Source: an uncultured Gammaproteobacteria bacterium (GTDB lineage Bacteria > Pseudomonadota > Gammaproteobacteria > CAWCPV01). From it: a stretch of DNA of 64,000 bases. A model generated the notes under the pieces. It had not been told where the DNA came from and did not search any database. It saw nothing but the letters and a program-made list of their open reading frames with translations. Below, piece by piece: positions 17,872 through 27,876 of this stretch (positions within the stretch are counted from its first letter, which is position 1; every line of letters starts with the position of its first letter). The DNA lies in NCBI GenBank assembly GCA_963797555.1, contig CAWCPV010000003.1, positions 64,001 through 128,000 of the forward strand, in the 5' to 3' direction. The position numbers and the translations under genes were made by a program.

Positions 17872-20043
17872 TCACGTGCGGGTGATCTTCCAGCAGTTGT
17901 GAATGCGCGGGTTCCGGGCGAAGTCCCGGGGGATGGTGGACGGCGTGATGTCCTCGACCTGGAGATCGACGAGGGCCGCGCTGTCCATGCGGAAGCGCTG
18001 GCGGTTGTTGGAGAACATAAGAATCCCCTCCGGCTCCAGCAGGGCCGCCGCCTGCCGGAGGATCTCCGCATGGTCCCGCTGCACGTCGAAGGTACGCTCC
18101 ATCCCCTTGGAGGCCGAGAAGGTCGGTGGGTCCAGGAAGATGAGGCCGTACCGGGCGCGCCGGTCCTCGGCGGCCCCGGCCAGCCATTCCAGGCAGTCGG
18201 CGCGGACTAGGCGGTGGGAGGAACCGGAGAAGCCGTTGAGAGCGAGATTGCGCTTCGCCCAGTCGAGGTAGGTGTTGGACAGGTCCACCGCAGTGGTGGA
18301 GAGCGCTCCCCCGCCGGCGGCGTACACCGTCGCGGTCCCGGTATAGCCGAACAGGTTGAGGAAGTGCCTGCCGCGGGCCAGCTCTCCGATCAGGCGCCGC
18401 GTGAGCCGGTGGTCGAGGAACAGCCCCGTGTCCAGGTAGTCGGTGAAATTCACCAGGAAGCGGTAAGCTCCCTCCCTCACTTCGTGGAAGGCGCCCTGGT
18501 GGGCGCGGCGCTGGTATTGACTACGTCCCCGCTGGCGGCGCCGTATCTTGAAGAATATTTGTTCCGCCGGCACCTCCAGGACCTGGGGCAGTGCGGCCAG
18601 CGCCTGCTGCAGGCGCTCGGCGGCCCTCGCCGGGTCGACGGTGGGCGGGGCTTGATATTCCTGGACATGCACCCAGCGCTGGTCGCCGTGGTAAAGGTCG
18701 ACGGCGAGTGCGTACTCCGGCATGTCGGCGTCGTAGAGCCGGTAGCAGTCGATGCCCTCGCGCCGCGCCCATCCGCCCAGCTCCCGCAGGTTCTTGCGCA
18801 GCCGGTTGGCGAACATTTCGCCCCCCGCCCCGCCTGCGGCGGGCTCGCGGGGAGCCGCGCGGGAGGGCGTTGGGAGCGTGCGCGTCGGCGATTCCGGCCC
18901 GACCTCGAATCTCAGCAGCCGGCATTCGATGGCGCCGTTGTAAAGGGTGTGGACGCGTCTCGCCCTGAGGCCGAGGTGCCTGCCGAGCCGCGGATTGCCG
19001 GTGAACACGGAGGCCTGCCAGCCGACGAAGCGCCGCTTCAGGATCTCTCCGAGCGAGTTGTACAGGCCAATCAGCTGCTGGTCTGTGCCGAGGCGCTCTC
19101 CATACGGCGGATTGGCCACGACCAGCCCGGGCCGAGCAGTGGGCGGCGGCTCGCATTGGGCGAGCGCCCGGCGCCCCAGGTGGATGCGGCCGCTCAGCCC
19201 CGCGCGTTCCACGTTGGCCTCGGCGGCCTGAATGGCTCGCGGGTCGGCATCGTAGCCGAAGATCGGAGGCATCCGGTCCATGCCCGCCCGCGCTCTCTCT
19301 CGGGCTTCGGCCAGCAGTTCCTCCCAGGCCGGCGGCTGGTGTTGCCGCCAGCCCAGGAAACCGAAATATCCCCGCGGCAATCCCGGAGCGATGTCCGCCG
19401 CCATGAGCGCCGCCTCGATGGGCAGCGTCCCGGACCCGCACATCGGGTCCACCAGCGGCCCGCCTTCGCAGGCCACCTCGGGCCAGCCGGCGCGGAGCAG
19501 AATGGCCGCCGCCAGGTTCTCCTTCAGCGGCGCCTCCACCCCTTGAGCGCGGTAGCCGCGCCGGTGCAGCGCCTCCCCACTGAGGTCGAGGCTGACCACC
19601 GCCTCTTCGTCCCGCAGATGCACGTTGATGCGGACGTCCGGCCGCTCCAGGGCCACGTTCGGGCGCTGACCGTGCAGGCTCCGCATCTGGTCGACCACGG
19701 CGTCTTTGACCTTCAAGGCCCCAAAGTGCGAGTGCGTGATTTCGGGGTTGCGGCCGTTGAAGTCGACGGCGAGCGAGCCGAACGGCGAGAGGTGCTCTCC
19801 CCACGATACCGACTGCACCCCCGCGTACAGCTCTTCCGCGTCGGCGGCCGGCACCGACGCGAGATGGAGCAGCACCCGGCTGGCAATCCGAGACCAGAGG
19901 CAGACGCGGTATCCATCCTTCAAACTGCCGCGGAACGCAACGCCGGCAGGCCCCTCCTGCACGGCCTGGCAGCCCAGCGACCGAAGCTCGTCCGCGACCA
20001 GCGGAGCCAGCCCTCGAGGGGCGGTGGCGAAGAAAGAGAGCAA
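17872..20043 (-). CDS. rlmKL: Bifunctional 23S rRNA methyltransferase RlmKL
   Basis: FFATAPRGL, APLKENLAAAIL, DPMCGSGT, NPPYGERL, MFANRLRKN, YLDTGLFLDHR, DPPTFS. Start placed at TTG 20043 after GGAG. Confidence 0.95.
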   Translation of the reverse strand: MLSFFATAPRGLAPLVADELRSLGCQAVQEGPAGVAFRGSLKDGYRVCLWSRIASRVLLHLASVPAADAEELYAGVQSVSWGEHLSPFGSLAVDFNGRNPEITHSHFGALKVKDAVVDQMRSLHGQRPNVALERPDVRINVHLRDEEAVVSLDLSGEALHRRGYRAQGVEAPLKENLAAAILLRAGWPEVACEGGPLVDPMCGSGTLPIEAALMAADIAPGLPRGYFGFLGWRQHQPPAWEELLAEARERARAGMDRMPPIFGYDADPRAIQAAEANVERAGLSGRIHLGRRALAQCEPPPTARPGLVVANPPYGERLGTDQQLIGLYNSLGEILKRRFVGWQASVFTGNPRLGRHLGLRARRVHTLYNGAIECRLLRFEVGPESPTRTLPTPSRAAPREPAAGGAGGEMFANRLRKNLRELGGWARREGIDCYRLYDADMPEYALAVDLYHGDQRWVHVQEYQAPPTVDPARAAERLQQALAALPQVLEVPAEQIFFKIRRRQRGRSQYQRRAHQGAFHEVREGAYRFLVNFTDYLDTGLFLDHRLTRRLIGELARGRHFLNLFGYTGTATVYAAGGGALSTTAVDLSNTYLDWAKRNLALNGFSGSSHRLVRADCLEWLAGAAEDRRARYGLIFLDPPTFSASKGMERTFDVQRDHAEILRQAAALLEPEGILMFSNNRQRFRMDSAALVDLQVEDITPSTIPRDFARNPRIHNCWKITRT

Positions 20044-20398
20044 GTCCGGGGTCTCCCGGTCGTCCGAATTTGCGGCGTCCGACAGCTCCTGCGCCGAGGC
20101 CAGAGCGAGCCCCAAGTGCAGGAAGATGTCCACGGCCGCACCGTAGCACGAACGCGCGGCGGTGTTAAATCGTCGTGGCCCATGGGTTTTCTCGGTGCCC
20201 GTCTCCTCTTCGGCGACCCCGCGCGGCGGGTCGGAAGGCGGCGCGAAGCGAGCGTTTCGTGCGCTAGGAGGATCCGGCACCGTCGAACCGGCTGTTCTGG
20301 GAAGTCCCCTTTAAGATTCTGCAATTCCCCCCATATCACGGACCGGTACGTTCCTGATGACGGATAGCGGGACAGTCCACTGGCTGGAGGAGGTCGCT

Positions 20399-21097
20399 AT
20401 GCTCAGTATCCGGCGCTCGCACGAACGGGGCCATTTCCACCGCGGGTGGCTCGATACCTATCACAGCTTCTCGTTCGCCGACTACTACGATCCGAACCAC
20501 ATGGGGTTCTCCGTGCTGCGCGTGATCAACGAGGATCGCTTGGCGCCGGGCACCGGCTTTCCGATGCACGCGCACCAGGACATGGAGATCATCACCTACG
20601 TCCTGGAGGGCGCTCTGGAGCACAAGGACAGCATGGGCAACGGCTCGGTCATCCGGCCAGGTGACGTGCAGCGCATGAGCGCGGGGACGGGCGTCCGGCA
20701 CAGCGAGTACAACCCATCAAAGGAGGAGCCGGTCCACCTGCTCCAGATCTGGATCCTTCCAGAGCGCGATGGAGCGACACCAAGCTATGAGCAGCGCCGG
20801 TTCCCTCCGGACGAGATTCAGGGCCGCTTGCGCTTGGTGGCATCCCCCGACGGCCGGGACGGCTCGGCGACGATCCACCAGGACGCGCTCCTGTACGCCA
20901 CTCGATTGGCGGGCGCCGAGCCCCTCGTCTACCAGCTTGGAGCAGGGCGCAGCCTTTGGCTGCAGGTGGCTCGCGGAACGGCGGTATTGAACGGCGAGCG
21001 TCTGACAGCAGGCGACGGCGTCGCTATCCAGGGCGAGCAGTCGGTGGCGCTCGAAGCGGATCCGGAAGCGGAAGTGCTGCTTTTCGATCTTCCCTGA
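20399..21097 (+). CDS. Pirin-family protein (YhhW-like)
   Basis: [41 protein letters not shown]; GGAGG RBS. Confidence 0.92.
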   Translation: MLSIRRSHERGHFHRGWLDTYHSFSFADYYDPNHMGFSVLRVINEDRLAPGTGFPMHAHQDMEIITYVLEGALEHKDSMGNGSVIRPGDVQRMSAGTGVRHSEYNPSKEEPVHLLQIWILPERDGATPSYEQRRFPPDEIQGRLRLVASPDGRDGSATIHQDALLYATRLAGAEPLVYQLGAGRSLWLQVARGTAVLNGERLTAGDGVAIQGEQSVALEADPEAEVLLFDLP

Positions 21098-21268
21098 GAT
21101 CCCTCGGAGATCGGAGTCTCGCAGCCGGGGGTCTCGTGCGCCGCGATGTTGTCTCTCGGTCGCCGGCGCGGCAGTATAACCAGCGGGGCATATCGGCGTG
21201 CCGTCCTCGCGGACGGCGTGCCGGTTCGTGGCGGCGGCTTTCGTCTGGATCATCGAAGGGATAAAGGG

Positions 21269-22051
21269 ATGATGCCGATGCGACTCTGCTGTCTGGCCAT
21301 CGCTCTCTGCCTGTGGGCGACGACGGTGAATGCCGAGCTGCGCGGCCAGGTCGTCGAATACCAGCAGGGCGAAGCCACGCTCGAAGGCTACCTGGTATAC
21401 GAGGACTCTTTCCACGGGACGCGACCGGGCGTGCTCGTGTTCCACGAGTGGACGGGGCTGCAGCCTTTCGAGAAAGAGCGCGCCGACCGGCTGGCACGTC
21501 TGGGCTACGTGGCTTTCGCCGCCGACGTTTACGGCAAAGGGGTGCGAGCCAAGAACCGGCAGGAGGCCGTGCGCTTGTCGGGCATATACAAGTCGGACCG
21601 CAAGCTCATGCGGGCCCGCGCCGGGGCCGCGCTGGAGGTCCTGAAGTCCCACAGGCCGGTGGACGCGACGCGGATCGCGGCCATCGGCTACTGTTTCGGC
21701 GGGACTGTCGCGCTGGAGCTGGCGAGGAGCGGGGCGGATCTCGCTGGAGTGGTCACCTTCCACGGGGGCCTGGATACGCCGACTCCGGCCGATGCGCGCC
21801 ACATCAAGGGAAAGATCCTGGCGCTGCACGGTGCGGATGACCCCTTCGTGCCGCCGGAGCACGTCGCCGCGTTCCAGCAGGAGATGCGGGATGGCGGCGT
21901 GGACTGGCAGATGGTGTTCTACGGAGGAGCGGTGCATCGGTTCACCAACCCTTCGGCTGGAACCGACAAGGCGAGCGGCGCCGCATACAACGAGAAGGCC
22001 GACCGGCGGTCGTGGCAGGCCATGAAGGACTTTCTGGCGGAGGTGCTGTAA
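21269..22051 (+). CDS. Dienelactone hydrolase-family protein with signal peptide
   Basis: GYCFGG nucleophile elbow, HGADDP, AVHRFT; N-terminal signal peptide. Confidence 0.9.
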   Translation: MMPMRLCCLAIALCLWATTVNAELRGQVVEYQQGEATLEGYLVYEDSFHGTRPGVLVFHEWTGLQPFEKERADRLARLGYVAFAADVYGKGVRAKNRQEAVRLSGIYKSDRKLMRARAGAALEVLKSHRPVDATRIAAIGYCFGGTVALELARSGADLAGVVTFHGGLDTPTPADARHIKGKILALHGADDPFVPPEHVAAFQQEMRDGGVDWQMVFYGGAVHRFTNPSAGTDKASGAAYNEKADRRSWQAMKDFLAEVL

Positions 22052-22185
22052 CGCTTCCCGCGCGTGCGCGCTCAAATCCCCGGCTCCGGCCACCGGCGCC
22101 CGCCCGCGCCGAACCCAGCTCCGGAGCTGCTATCCTCTGTCGGTGTTCGGGCGACTCGCGTTCGCCCGGTTGGGAGGGCGATTCG

Positions 22186-22677
22186 ATGATCCAGATCCAG
22201 GTCGGCGACATCACGAAGCTTCATGTGGACACCATTGTCAACGCGGCCAACGAGTCGCTGCTCGGCGGCGGGGGTGTAGACGGGGCCATCCATCGCGCCG
22301 CCGGTCCCGAGCTCCAAGCGTTCAACCGGAAGCTCGGTGGCTGTCCCACCGGGGAGGCGCGCATCAGCCCGGGCTTCAAGCTGCCCGCCAAGCACGTGAT
22401 CAGCACGGTCGGCCCTGTATGGCATGGCGGCGACCGCGGTGAGCCGAAGCTTCTGGAACGTTGCTACCGCAACAGCCTCGATCTTGCCCTGGAGAACGGC
22501 GTGCAGACCATTGCCTTTCCGGGGATCAGCACCGGCGTCTACGGCTACCCGAAACGCGAGGCCGCGCAGATCGCCGTCAAGGTCATGCGGGAGTATGAGG
22601 ACAGATTCGAGCGGATCGTGGCCTGCTGCTTCAGCGAGAGCGACGCGGAGCTATACCGGGACGTCCTAACTCAGTGA
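22186..22677 (+). CDS. Macrodomain O-acetyl-ADP-ribose deacetylase (YmdB-like)
   Basis: [38 protein letters not shown]. Confidence 0.92.
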   Translation: MIQIQVGDITKLHVDTIVNAANESLLGGGGVDGAIHRAAGPELQAFNRKLGGCPTGEARISPGFKLPAKHVISTVGPVWHGGDRGEPKLLERCYRNSLDLALENGVQTIAFPGISTGVYGYPKREAAQIAVKVMREYEDRFERIVACCFSESDAELYRDVLTQ

Positions 22678-23202
22678 TGGAGGCCAGTGCATCGGTCTAG
22701 ATCCCGAGCGACTGAAGCCCTGCCTTGTCCTGCTGACCCAGATCCCTCACAGGCACGCCCGCGCTGCCGCGAAAACGGGGCGACAGAGCCAGCCTTTACA
22801 CACAGTCACGTACCCTTACACAGCCTTACGTGCGCTGCACGCAAGCTTGCGCGGGCTTGCCGCATACTTGACATGCGGTAAGTCCGGTTGCCGCGGCCTG
22901 ACTCCGCAGGTCGAGCGTCGATGGGACCAGGGCTACGTGGAATGCTAGCGGCTCAACGGGAAAGAGAATGCACAGCCGCGGGCCTGCCGGCCGTTCCGGG
23001 TGCTCGCTCTGCGCACTGCCCGCTGTGGCGCCGAGCGCTGCTGGTGCCGGCCGGAGCCAGGGCAGCGCGCGAACCAACGCATGGGCCGAATGTCCAATTC
23101 GTTGCGCCGGAATGCCCAGGCCGACGGTGCCCTGGCGCGACTGCGCTTCTGCTGTCCCGGCGGTGTAAGGGGACTCGATTCCGAATGTTAGAGGATGCTG
23201 CA

Positions 23203-23670
23203 ATGACACGATGGATGGTGGCGGCCGTGGCGGCTTGCACGCTACTTGGCGGGATGCAGGTGGCGCATGGTGACTCCCACGGTGGTGGCGGTTACCACGG
23301 CGGTGGCGGGTACCAGGGTGGTGGCGGATACCACGGCGGTGGCGGGTACCACGGCGGTGGCGGTTACCATGGTGGCGGGTACTACCACGGTGGTGGTCGG
23401 TATTATGGCGGGGCCAGCATAGCCCTCGGGTTCGGACCCTTCTGGGGTCCGCTTTGGTACCCCTATGGGTATCCAGGTTACTATGATCCAGGCTATTACT
23501 ATGCGCCCCCGGCAGTCGCAGTAACGCCGCCCCCGACAACCTACGTCGAGCAGGAGCCAGAACAGCAGGAGTACTACTGGTACTATTGCACCTCTCCCAA
23601 GGGCTACTACCCGTACGTCAAGAAGTGCCCGCAGGGGTGGATGAAAGTGGTGCCACAGGCACCCGATTAG
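23203..23670 (+). CDS. Exported Gly/His/Tyr- and Pro-rich protein
   Basis: Signal peptide, (HGGGGY)n, C-terminal YWYYC..PKGYYPYVKKCPQGW. Confidence 0.8.
   Translation: MTRWMVAAVAACTLLGGMQVAHGDSHGGGGYHGGGGYQGGGGYHGGGGYHGGGGYHGGGYYHGGGRYYGGASIALGFGPFWGPLWYPYGYPGYYDPGYYYAPPAVAVTPPPTTYVEQEPEQQEYYWYYCTSPKGYYPYVKKCPQGWMKVVPQAPD
23278..23400 (+). repeat. 18-bp coding tandem repeat (HGGGGY, ~6 copies)
   Basis: cacggYggYggcggNtac units with synonymous variation. Confidence 0.9.
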
Positions 23671-23689
23671 CGAGTTCAGGAGGAAAGCC

Positions 23690-24250
23690 ATGATTCCGCG
23701 ATTGCACGTCGCTGCCGTCCTGGCGGCGCTATGTGTCGGCGGCTGTGTGACCATGCCGTCCGGACCCAGCGTGCTGGTCTTGCCCGGCAGCGGCAAGAGT
23801 TTCGATCAGTTCCAGGCGGATAACGCGGTGTGCCGACAGTTTGCACAGGTCCAGGTGGGAGGCCAGAGTCCGTCGCAGGCTGCTCAGCAGAGCGCAGTCC
23901 AAAGCGCCGTTCTCGGCACCGTGGTCGGAGCGGCCGTGGGTGCCGCCGTCGGCCAGGGCCAAGGCGCGGCCATCGGCGCCGCCAGTGGGTTGGCGCTGGG
24001 AACTGCGGCAGGCGCCGGTCCCGCGTACGCCTCGGGTTACGAGCTGCAGCGCCGCTACGACTACGCCTTCGTGCAGTGCATGTACGCCAGAGGCAACCAA
24101 GTGCCGGTGGCGGGGCAATCGCAGGGTGGGCGCACGCGGCCGTATTATCCGCCGCCCCCGTCTTCCGGCGAGGGCCGGTACTACGGGACGCCGCCGCCTC
24201 CTCCGCCGGGCTCGATGCCGCCGCCCGACTATCCGGCACCGCCGGACTGA
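23690..24250 (+). CDS. Glycine-zipper lipoprotein
   Basis: Lipobox VGGC, GAAVGAAVG..GAAIGAASG, YDYAFVQCMYARGN. Confidence 0.85.
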   Translation: MIPRLHVAAVLAALCVGGCVTMPSGPSVLVLPGSGKSFDQFQADNAVCRQFAQVQVGGQSPSQAAQQSAVQSAVLGTVVGAAVGAAVGQGQGAAIGAASGLALGTAAGAGPAYASGYELQRRYDYAFVQCMYARGNQVPVAGQSQGGRTRPYYPPPPSSGEGRYYGTPPPPPPGSMPPPDYPAPPD

Positions 24251-24477
24251 CCCGGGCGCGCGGCGCCCTCTTTGCCGACCGTTGCTCGCCGCGCGCTTCT
24301 CTGACCGGAGGTTCCGATCCCACGGGTTGGGTGACGGCAGTCATTGAGGCGCGCGGGTGATCACGCCTGCCATGGCAGCCTCGCAACGGCGGCGCGCCGT
24401 GGACTCCCCAGCGACATGCGTATCCTTCGCCGGTCAGTCGATGGCGCGCAGATCTTTGGCCTGTTGGCTGGGCCGCG

Positions 24478-25728
24478 GTGGAGCTAAGAGGAGTTGCGGG
24501 GCTCCTGCCGGACGGAAGAAGGGAGGGTAGGTTGAGGAGTCGTTGGCTGCTGACGGTCGGCGTGGGGATGGCCGTGGCCTTGGGGGCAGGTGCCATCTCG
24601 TGGTGGGGGAGGGCCAAGCCACCGCAGTTCATCACGATTCCCGCCGCCGAGGGCGACGTGGTTCGCTCCATCATCGCGACCGGCACCGTGAATCCGGTCG
24701 TGACCGTGCAGGTTGGCTCCTACGTCTCCGGCGTGATCCAGTCGCTCGCTTGCGACTTCAACACCCAAGTGAAGGCCGGGCAGCTCTGCGCCAAGATCGA
24801 TCCGAGGCCCTATCAGATGACGGCGGATCAGGCGAACGCAAACCTCGCCAGCGCCCGGGCGCAGTTGCTGAAGGATCAGGCTAGCCTTGCTTACGCGAAG
24901 ATCAACTACGAGCGTGACCGCGGGCTGCTAAAGCGCGGGATCGTTTCCCAGGACACCGTCGACAGCGACAAGAGCGCCTACGACCAAGGAGTGGCCCAGC
25001 TCAAGCTCGATGAGGCCACCATCCTCCAACGCCAGGCAGCGCTGGAGGCAGCCCAGGTGAATCTCGACTATACGGATATCGTCTCCCCGGTCGACGGCAC
25101 CGTAGTCCTGCGCAACGTCGATGTCGGCCAGACCGTGGCCGCGAGCTTTCAGACGCCGACGCTTTTTCTGATCGCCAAGGACCTGACGAAGATGCAGGTC
25201 GACACCAACGTCAGCGAATCCGACGTGGGCGGGGCGCGGGTCGGCGAAAACGCCTCTTTTACGGTCGAAGCCTTCCCCAACACACGATTCCACGGGCTGG
25301 TCTCGCAGATTCGCAAGGCCCCGATCACCGTCCAGAACGTCGTCACCTACGACGTGGTGATCAGCGTCGATAATCCGAAGTTGCTGCTTTTCCCCGGCAT
25401 GACCGCCAATGTGCGCATCATCACGGACGAGCGCAGGGGGGTGTTGAAGGTTCCGCTCCAAGCTCTCCGCTTCGACCCAGAGCGCCCATCCGCCGGGACC
25501 GGAAAAGGCGCTCACGCGACCACGGGGCCGCCGCAAAGTCATGTCTGGGTCCTCCGAGGCGGTCGGCCGGCGTTGGTTCCGGTCACGGTCGGCGCCGATG
25601 ACGGAACCTCCGCGGAGATCACGAGCGGCGACCTCAAGGTCGGCGACCCCGTTGTCGTGGACGAGGTGAGCGGGGTCAGCCAGCGGTCCAGCGGCGGCCA
25701 GCCCGCCCGTTCGCCGTTCCGTTTCTGA
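24478..25728 (+). CDS. MacA-like periplasmic adaptor subunit (start uncertain)
   Basis: ATGTVNPVVTVQVGSYVSG, IVSPVDGTV, GQTVAASFQTPTLF, PGMTANV. Confidence 0.9.
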   Translation: MELRGVAGLLPDGRREGRLRSRWLLTVGVGMAVALGAGAISWWGRAKPPQFITIPAAEGDVVRSIIATGTVNPVVTVQVGSYVSGVIQSLACDFNTQVKAGQLCAKIDPRPYQMTADQANANLASARAQLLKDQASLAYAKINYERDRGLLKRGIVSQDTVDSDKSAYDQGVAQLKLDEATILQRQAALEAAQVNLDYTDIVSPVDGTVVLRNVDVGQTVAASFQTPTLFLIAKDLTKMQVDTNVSESDVGGARVGENASFTVEAFPNTRFHGLVSQIRKAPITVQNVVTYDVVISVDNPKLLLFPGMTANVRIITDERRGVLKVPLQALRFDPERPSAGTGKGAHATTGPPQSHVWVLRGGRPALVPVTVGADDGTSAEITSGDLKVGDPVVVDEVSGVSQRSSGGQPARSPFRF

Positions 25729-25751
25729 GGATCGCGAGAGGAAGCCCGGCC

Positions 25752-27836
25752 TTGTCCGATCCCGTTATCGAAGTGCGCAACGTCGATAAGACCTATCGGG
25801 TGGGGGACGTCGAGGTGCGGGCGCTCCGAGGGGTGAGCCTGACGGTCGAGCGCGGCGAGTTCGTCGCCATCATGGGGGCGTCGGGCTCGGGCAAATCGAC
25901 CCTGATGAACGTCTTGGGCTGCCTCGACAGGCCAACCAGCGGGGAATACCTCCTCGAAGGCAACGACATTACTGACCAGGACGAGCCGGCGCTCGCGCAC
26001 GTGCGCAGCCGGCGCATCGGCTTCGTCTTCCAGAGCTTCAATCTGCTGGCGCGCACGAGTGCGACCGAGAACGTCGCCTTGCCGTTGTTTTATTCCGGCC
26101 GGCTGGCCGACAGCACGGACCGGGCCAGGGAGGCGCTGCATTCCTTGGGACTCGATGGCCGCGAGCAGAACCACCCCAGCCAACTCTCCGGTGGTCAGCA
26201 GCAACGCGTGGCGATCGCGCGCGCCCTCGTCAACGACCCGGCCATCCTGTTGGCGGACGAGCCGACTGGGAATCTCGACTCCAAGACCGCGAACGACATC
26301 ATGACCACCATTCAAACCCTCAACCGCGAGAAGGGTCTGACGGTCGTGTTGGTCACTCATGAGCCGGACATGGCGGCCTTCGCCGGCCGCGTGGTCACGA
26401 TGCGCGACGGCGTCATCGTGTCCGATGAGCGCGGCCGGGAGCAGCCCACACCGGCGCCGACGCCTGGTCATCAGGCCCTGCTGGCGTCACCTCCCAAGCC
26501 TGCCGATCCGGTGGATCCCAAGATGGTCTTCTCGTTTCTGCGCATGGCACTGCTGGTGGCGGGCCGGGCGATCGCGCGCAACAAGCTGCGCTCCGCCTTG
26601 ACGATGCTCGGGATTTTCATCGGCGTGGCGGCTCTGATCACCATGGTAGCGGTCGGCCAGGGGGCCAACGAAGCGGTGAAGGCGGAGCTCGAGAGCCTGG
26701 GCACGAACCTTCTGATCGTGCTGCCCGGCGCTACCACGGCGAGCGGCGTGCGGGCGGGCTTCGGCAGCGCCTCCACGCTGACCGTCGCGGACGCAGAGGC
26801 AATCAAGAAGGAGGCGCCGGCCGTCGCCAAGGTCAGCTACATCATCCGCCAGCTCGGCCAGCTCCAGTACGCTGACAAGAACTGGAGCACCAGCGTGCAG
26901 GGGGTCACCTCCAGCTATTTCACCATCCGCAACTGGCGGGTGGTGGCCGGACGGACGATGACCCCGGAGGACGAGGCCAACGCCAGTCGCGTCTGTCTGA
27001 TTGGACAGACCGTCTACGAGAACCTCTTCGGGGTGCACGAGAACCCGATTGGGGCAACCATCCTGGTCAAGAACGTGCCGATGCAGGTCCTTGGTCTGCT
27101 GGCGGCGAGGGGACAGTCCGGTTATGGTCAGGATCAGGATGACGTCGTCCTCATCCCCTTCACGACCGCGGAACGCAAGGTTCTCGGCGTGGCGGCACCG
27201 ACCCAGGCCCAGGCGAGCCAGAGCTCGATCTACGCGACGGCGCCCAATCCTTTCGGCATCCGGCCCAAGCTCGCCGGTTACGTGAACATCATCTATGTGC
27301 AAGCGCTCAGCACGGATCTCGTGCGCACGGCCAAGGACCAGGTGACTCGCCTCCTCCTGAGGCGGCACCACATCGAGCCGGGCCAGACCCAGGATTTCAA
27401 CGTCCGCAACATCAGCGACATCACCCAGGCGCGGGAGGGAAGCAGCCGGATCATGGCTCTCCTGCTTGCGGCGGTCGCCTCGATATCGCTGATCGTCGGC
27501 GGGATCGGCATCATGAACATCCTGCTCGTCTCGGTCACCGAGCGCACCCGTGAAATCGGCATTCGTATGGCCATCGGAGCCCGTCGTGTCCACGTTCTGC
27601 TGCAGTTCCTGGTCGAGGCCGTCCTGCTGAGCGGGATCGGTGGCCTGGCCGGCGTCGTGGTCGGTATCTCGATCTCGGAGATCGTCTCGCTGGTCGCCGG
27701 ATGGCCGACGCTTCTCTCACCGTTTGCGATCGTCGGTGGGTTCGTTTTTTCCGCGGCGGTCGGCGTGTTCTTCGGCTATTACCCTGCGCGTCGTGCGTCG
27801 CTGCTCAATCCCATCGATGCCCTGCGCTACGAGTAG
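25752..27836 (+). CDS. MacB-like fused ABC ATPase/permease
   Basis: GASGSGKST, LSGGQQQRVAIARAL, DEPTGNLD, SVTERTREIGIRMAIGA. Confidence 0.93.
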   Translation: MSDPVIEVRNVDKTYRVGDVEVRALRGVSLTVERGEFVAIMGASGSGKSTLMNVLGCLDRPTSGEYLLEGNDITDQDEPALAHVRSRRIGFVFQSFNLLARTSATENVALPLFYSGRLADSTDRAREALHSLGLDGREQNHPSQLSGGQQQRVAIARALVNDPAILLADEPTGNLDSKTANDIMTTIQTLNREKGLTVVLVTHEPDMAAFAGRVVTMRDGVIVSDERGREQPTPAPTPGHQALLASPPKPADPVDPKMVFSFLRMALLVAGRAIARNKLRSALTMLGIFIGVAALITMVAVGQGANEAVKAELESLGTNLLIVLPGATTASGVRAGFGSASTLTVADAEAIKKEAPAVAKVSYIIRQLGQLQYADKNWSTSVQGVTSSYFTIRNWRVVAGRTMTPEDEANASRVCLIGQTVYENLFGVHENPIGATILVKNVPMQVLGLLAARGQSGYGQDQDDVVLIPFTTAERKVLGVAAPTQAQASQSSIYATAPNPFGIRPKLAGYVNIIYVQALSTDLVRTAKDQVTRLLLRRHHIEPGQTQDFNVRNISDITQAREGSSRIMALLLAAVASISLIVGGIGIMNILLVSVTERTREIGIRMAIGARRVHVLLQFLVEAVLLSGIGGLAGVVVGISISEIVSLVAGWPTLLSPFAIVGGFVFSAAVGVFFGYYPARRASLLNPIDALRYE

Positions 27837-27876
27837 AAAGCACGCGATACGATTCCGAGCGGCGGAACCAGCGGTC

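Noticed and set aside
18214-20367. 717-aa plus-strand ORF and similar long shadows (46112-48298, 36217-37662, 33934-35217)
   Set aside because: Antisense to well-supported genes; expected from high-GC codon bias; no motifs.
22186-22677. Macrodomain as a DarG or Thoeris defence component
   Set aside because: Plain YmdB-like sequence in a housekeeping context with no partner toxin.
23278-23400. Possible CRISPR array
   Set aside because: 18-bp in-frame coding repeats with synonymous variation and no spacers.
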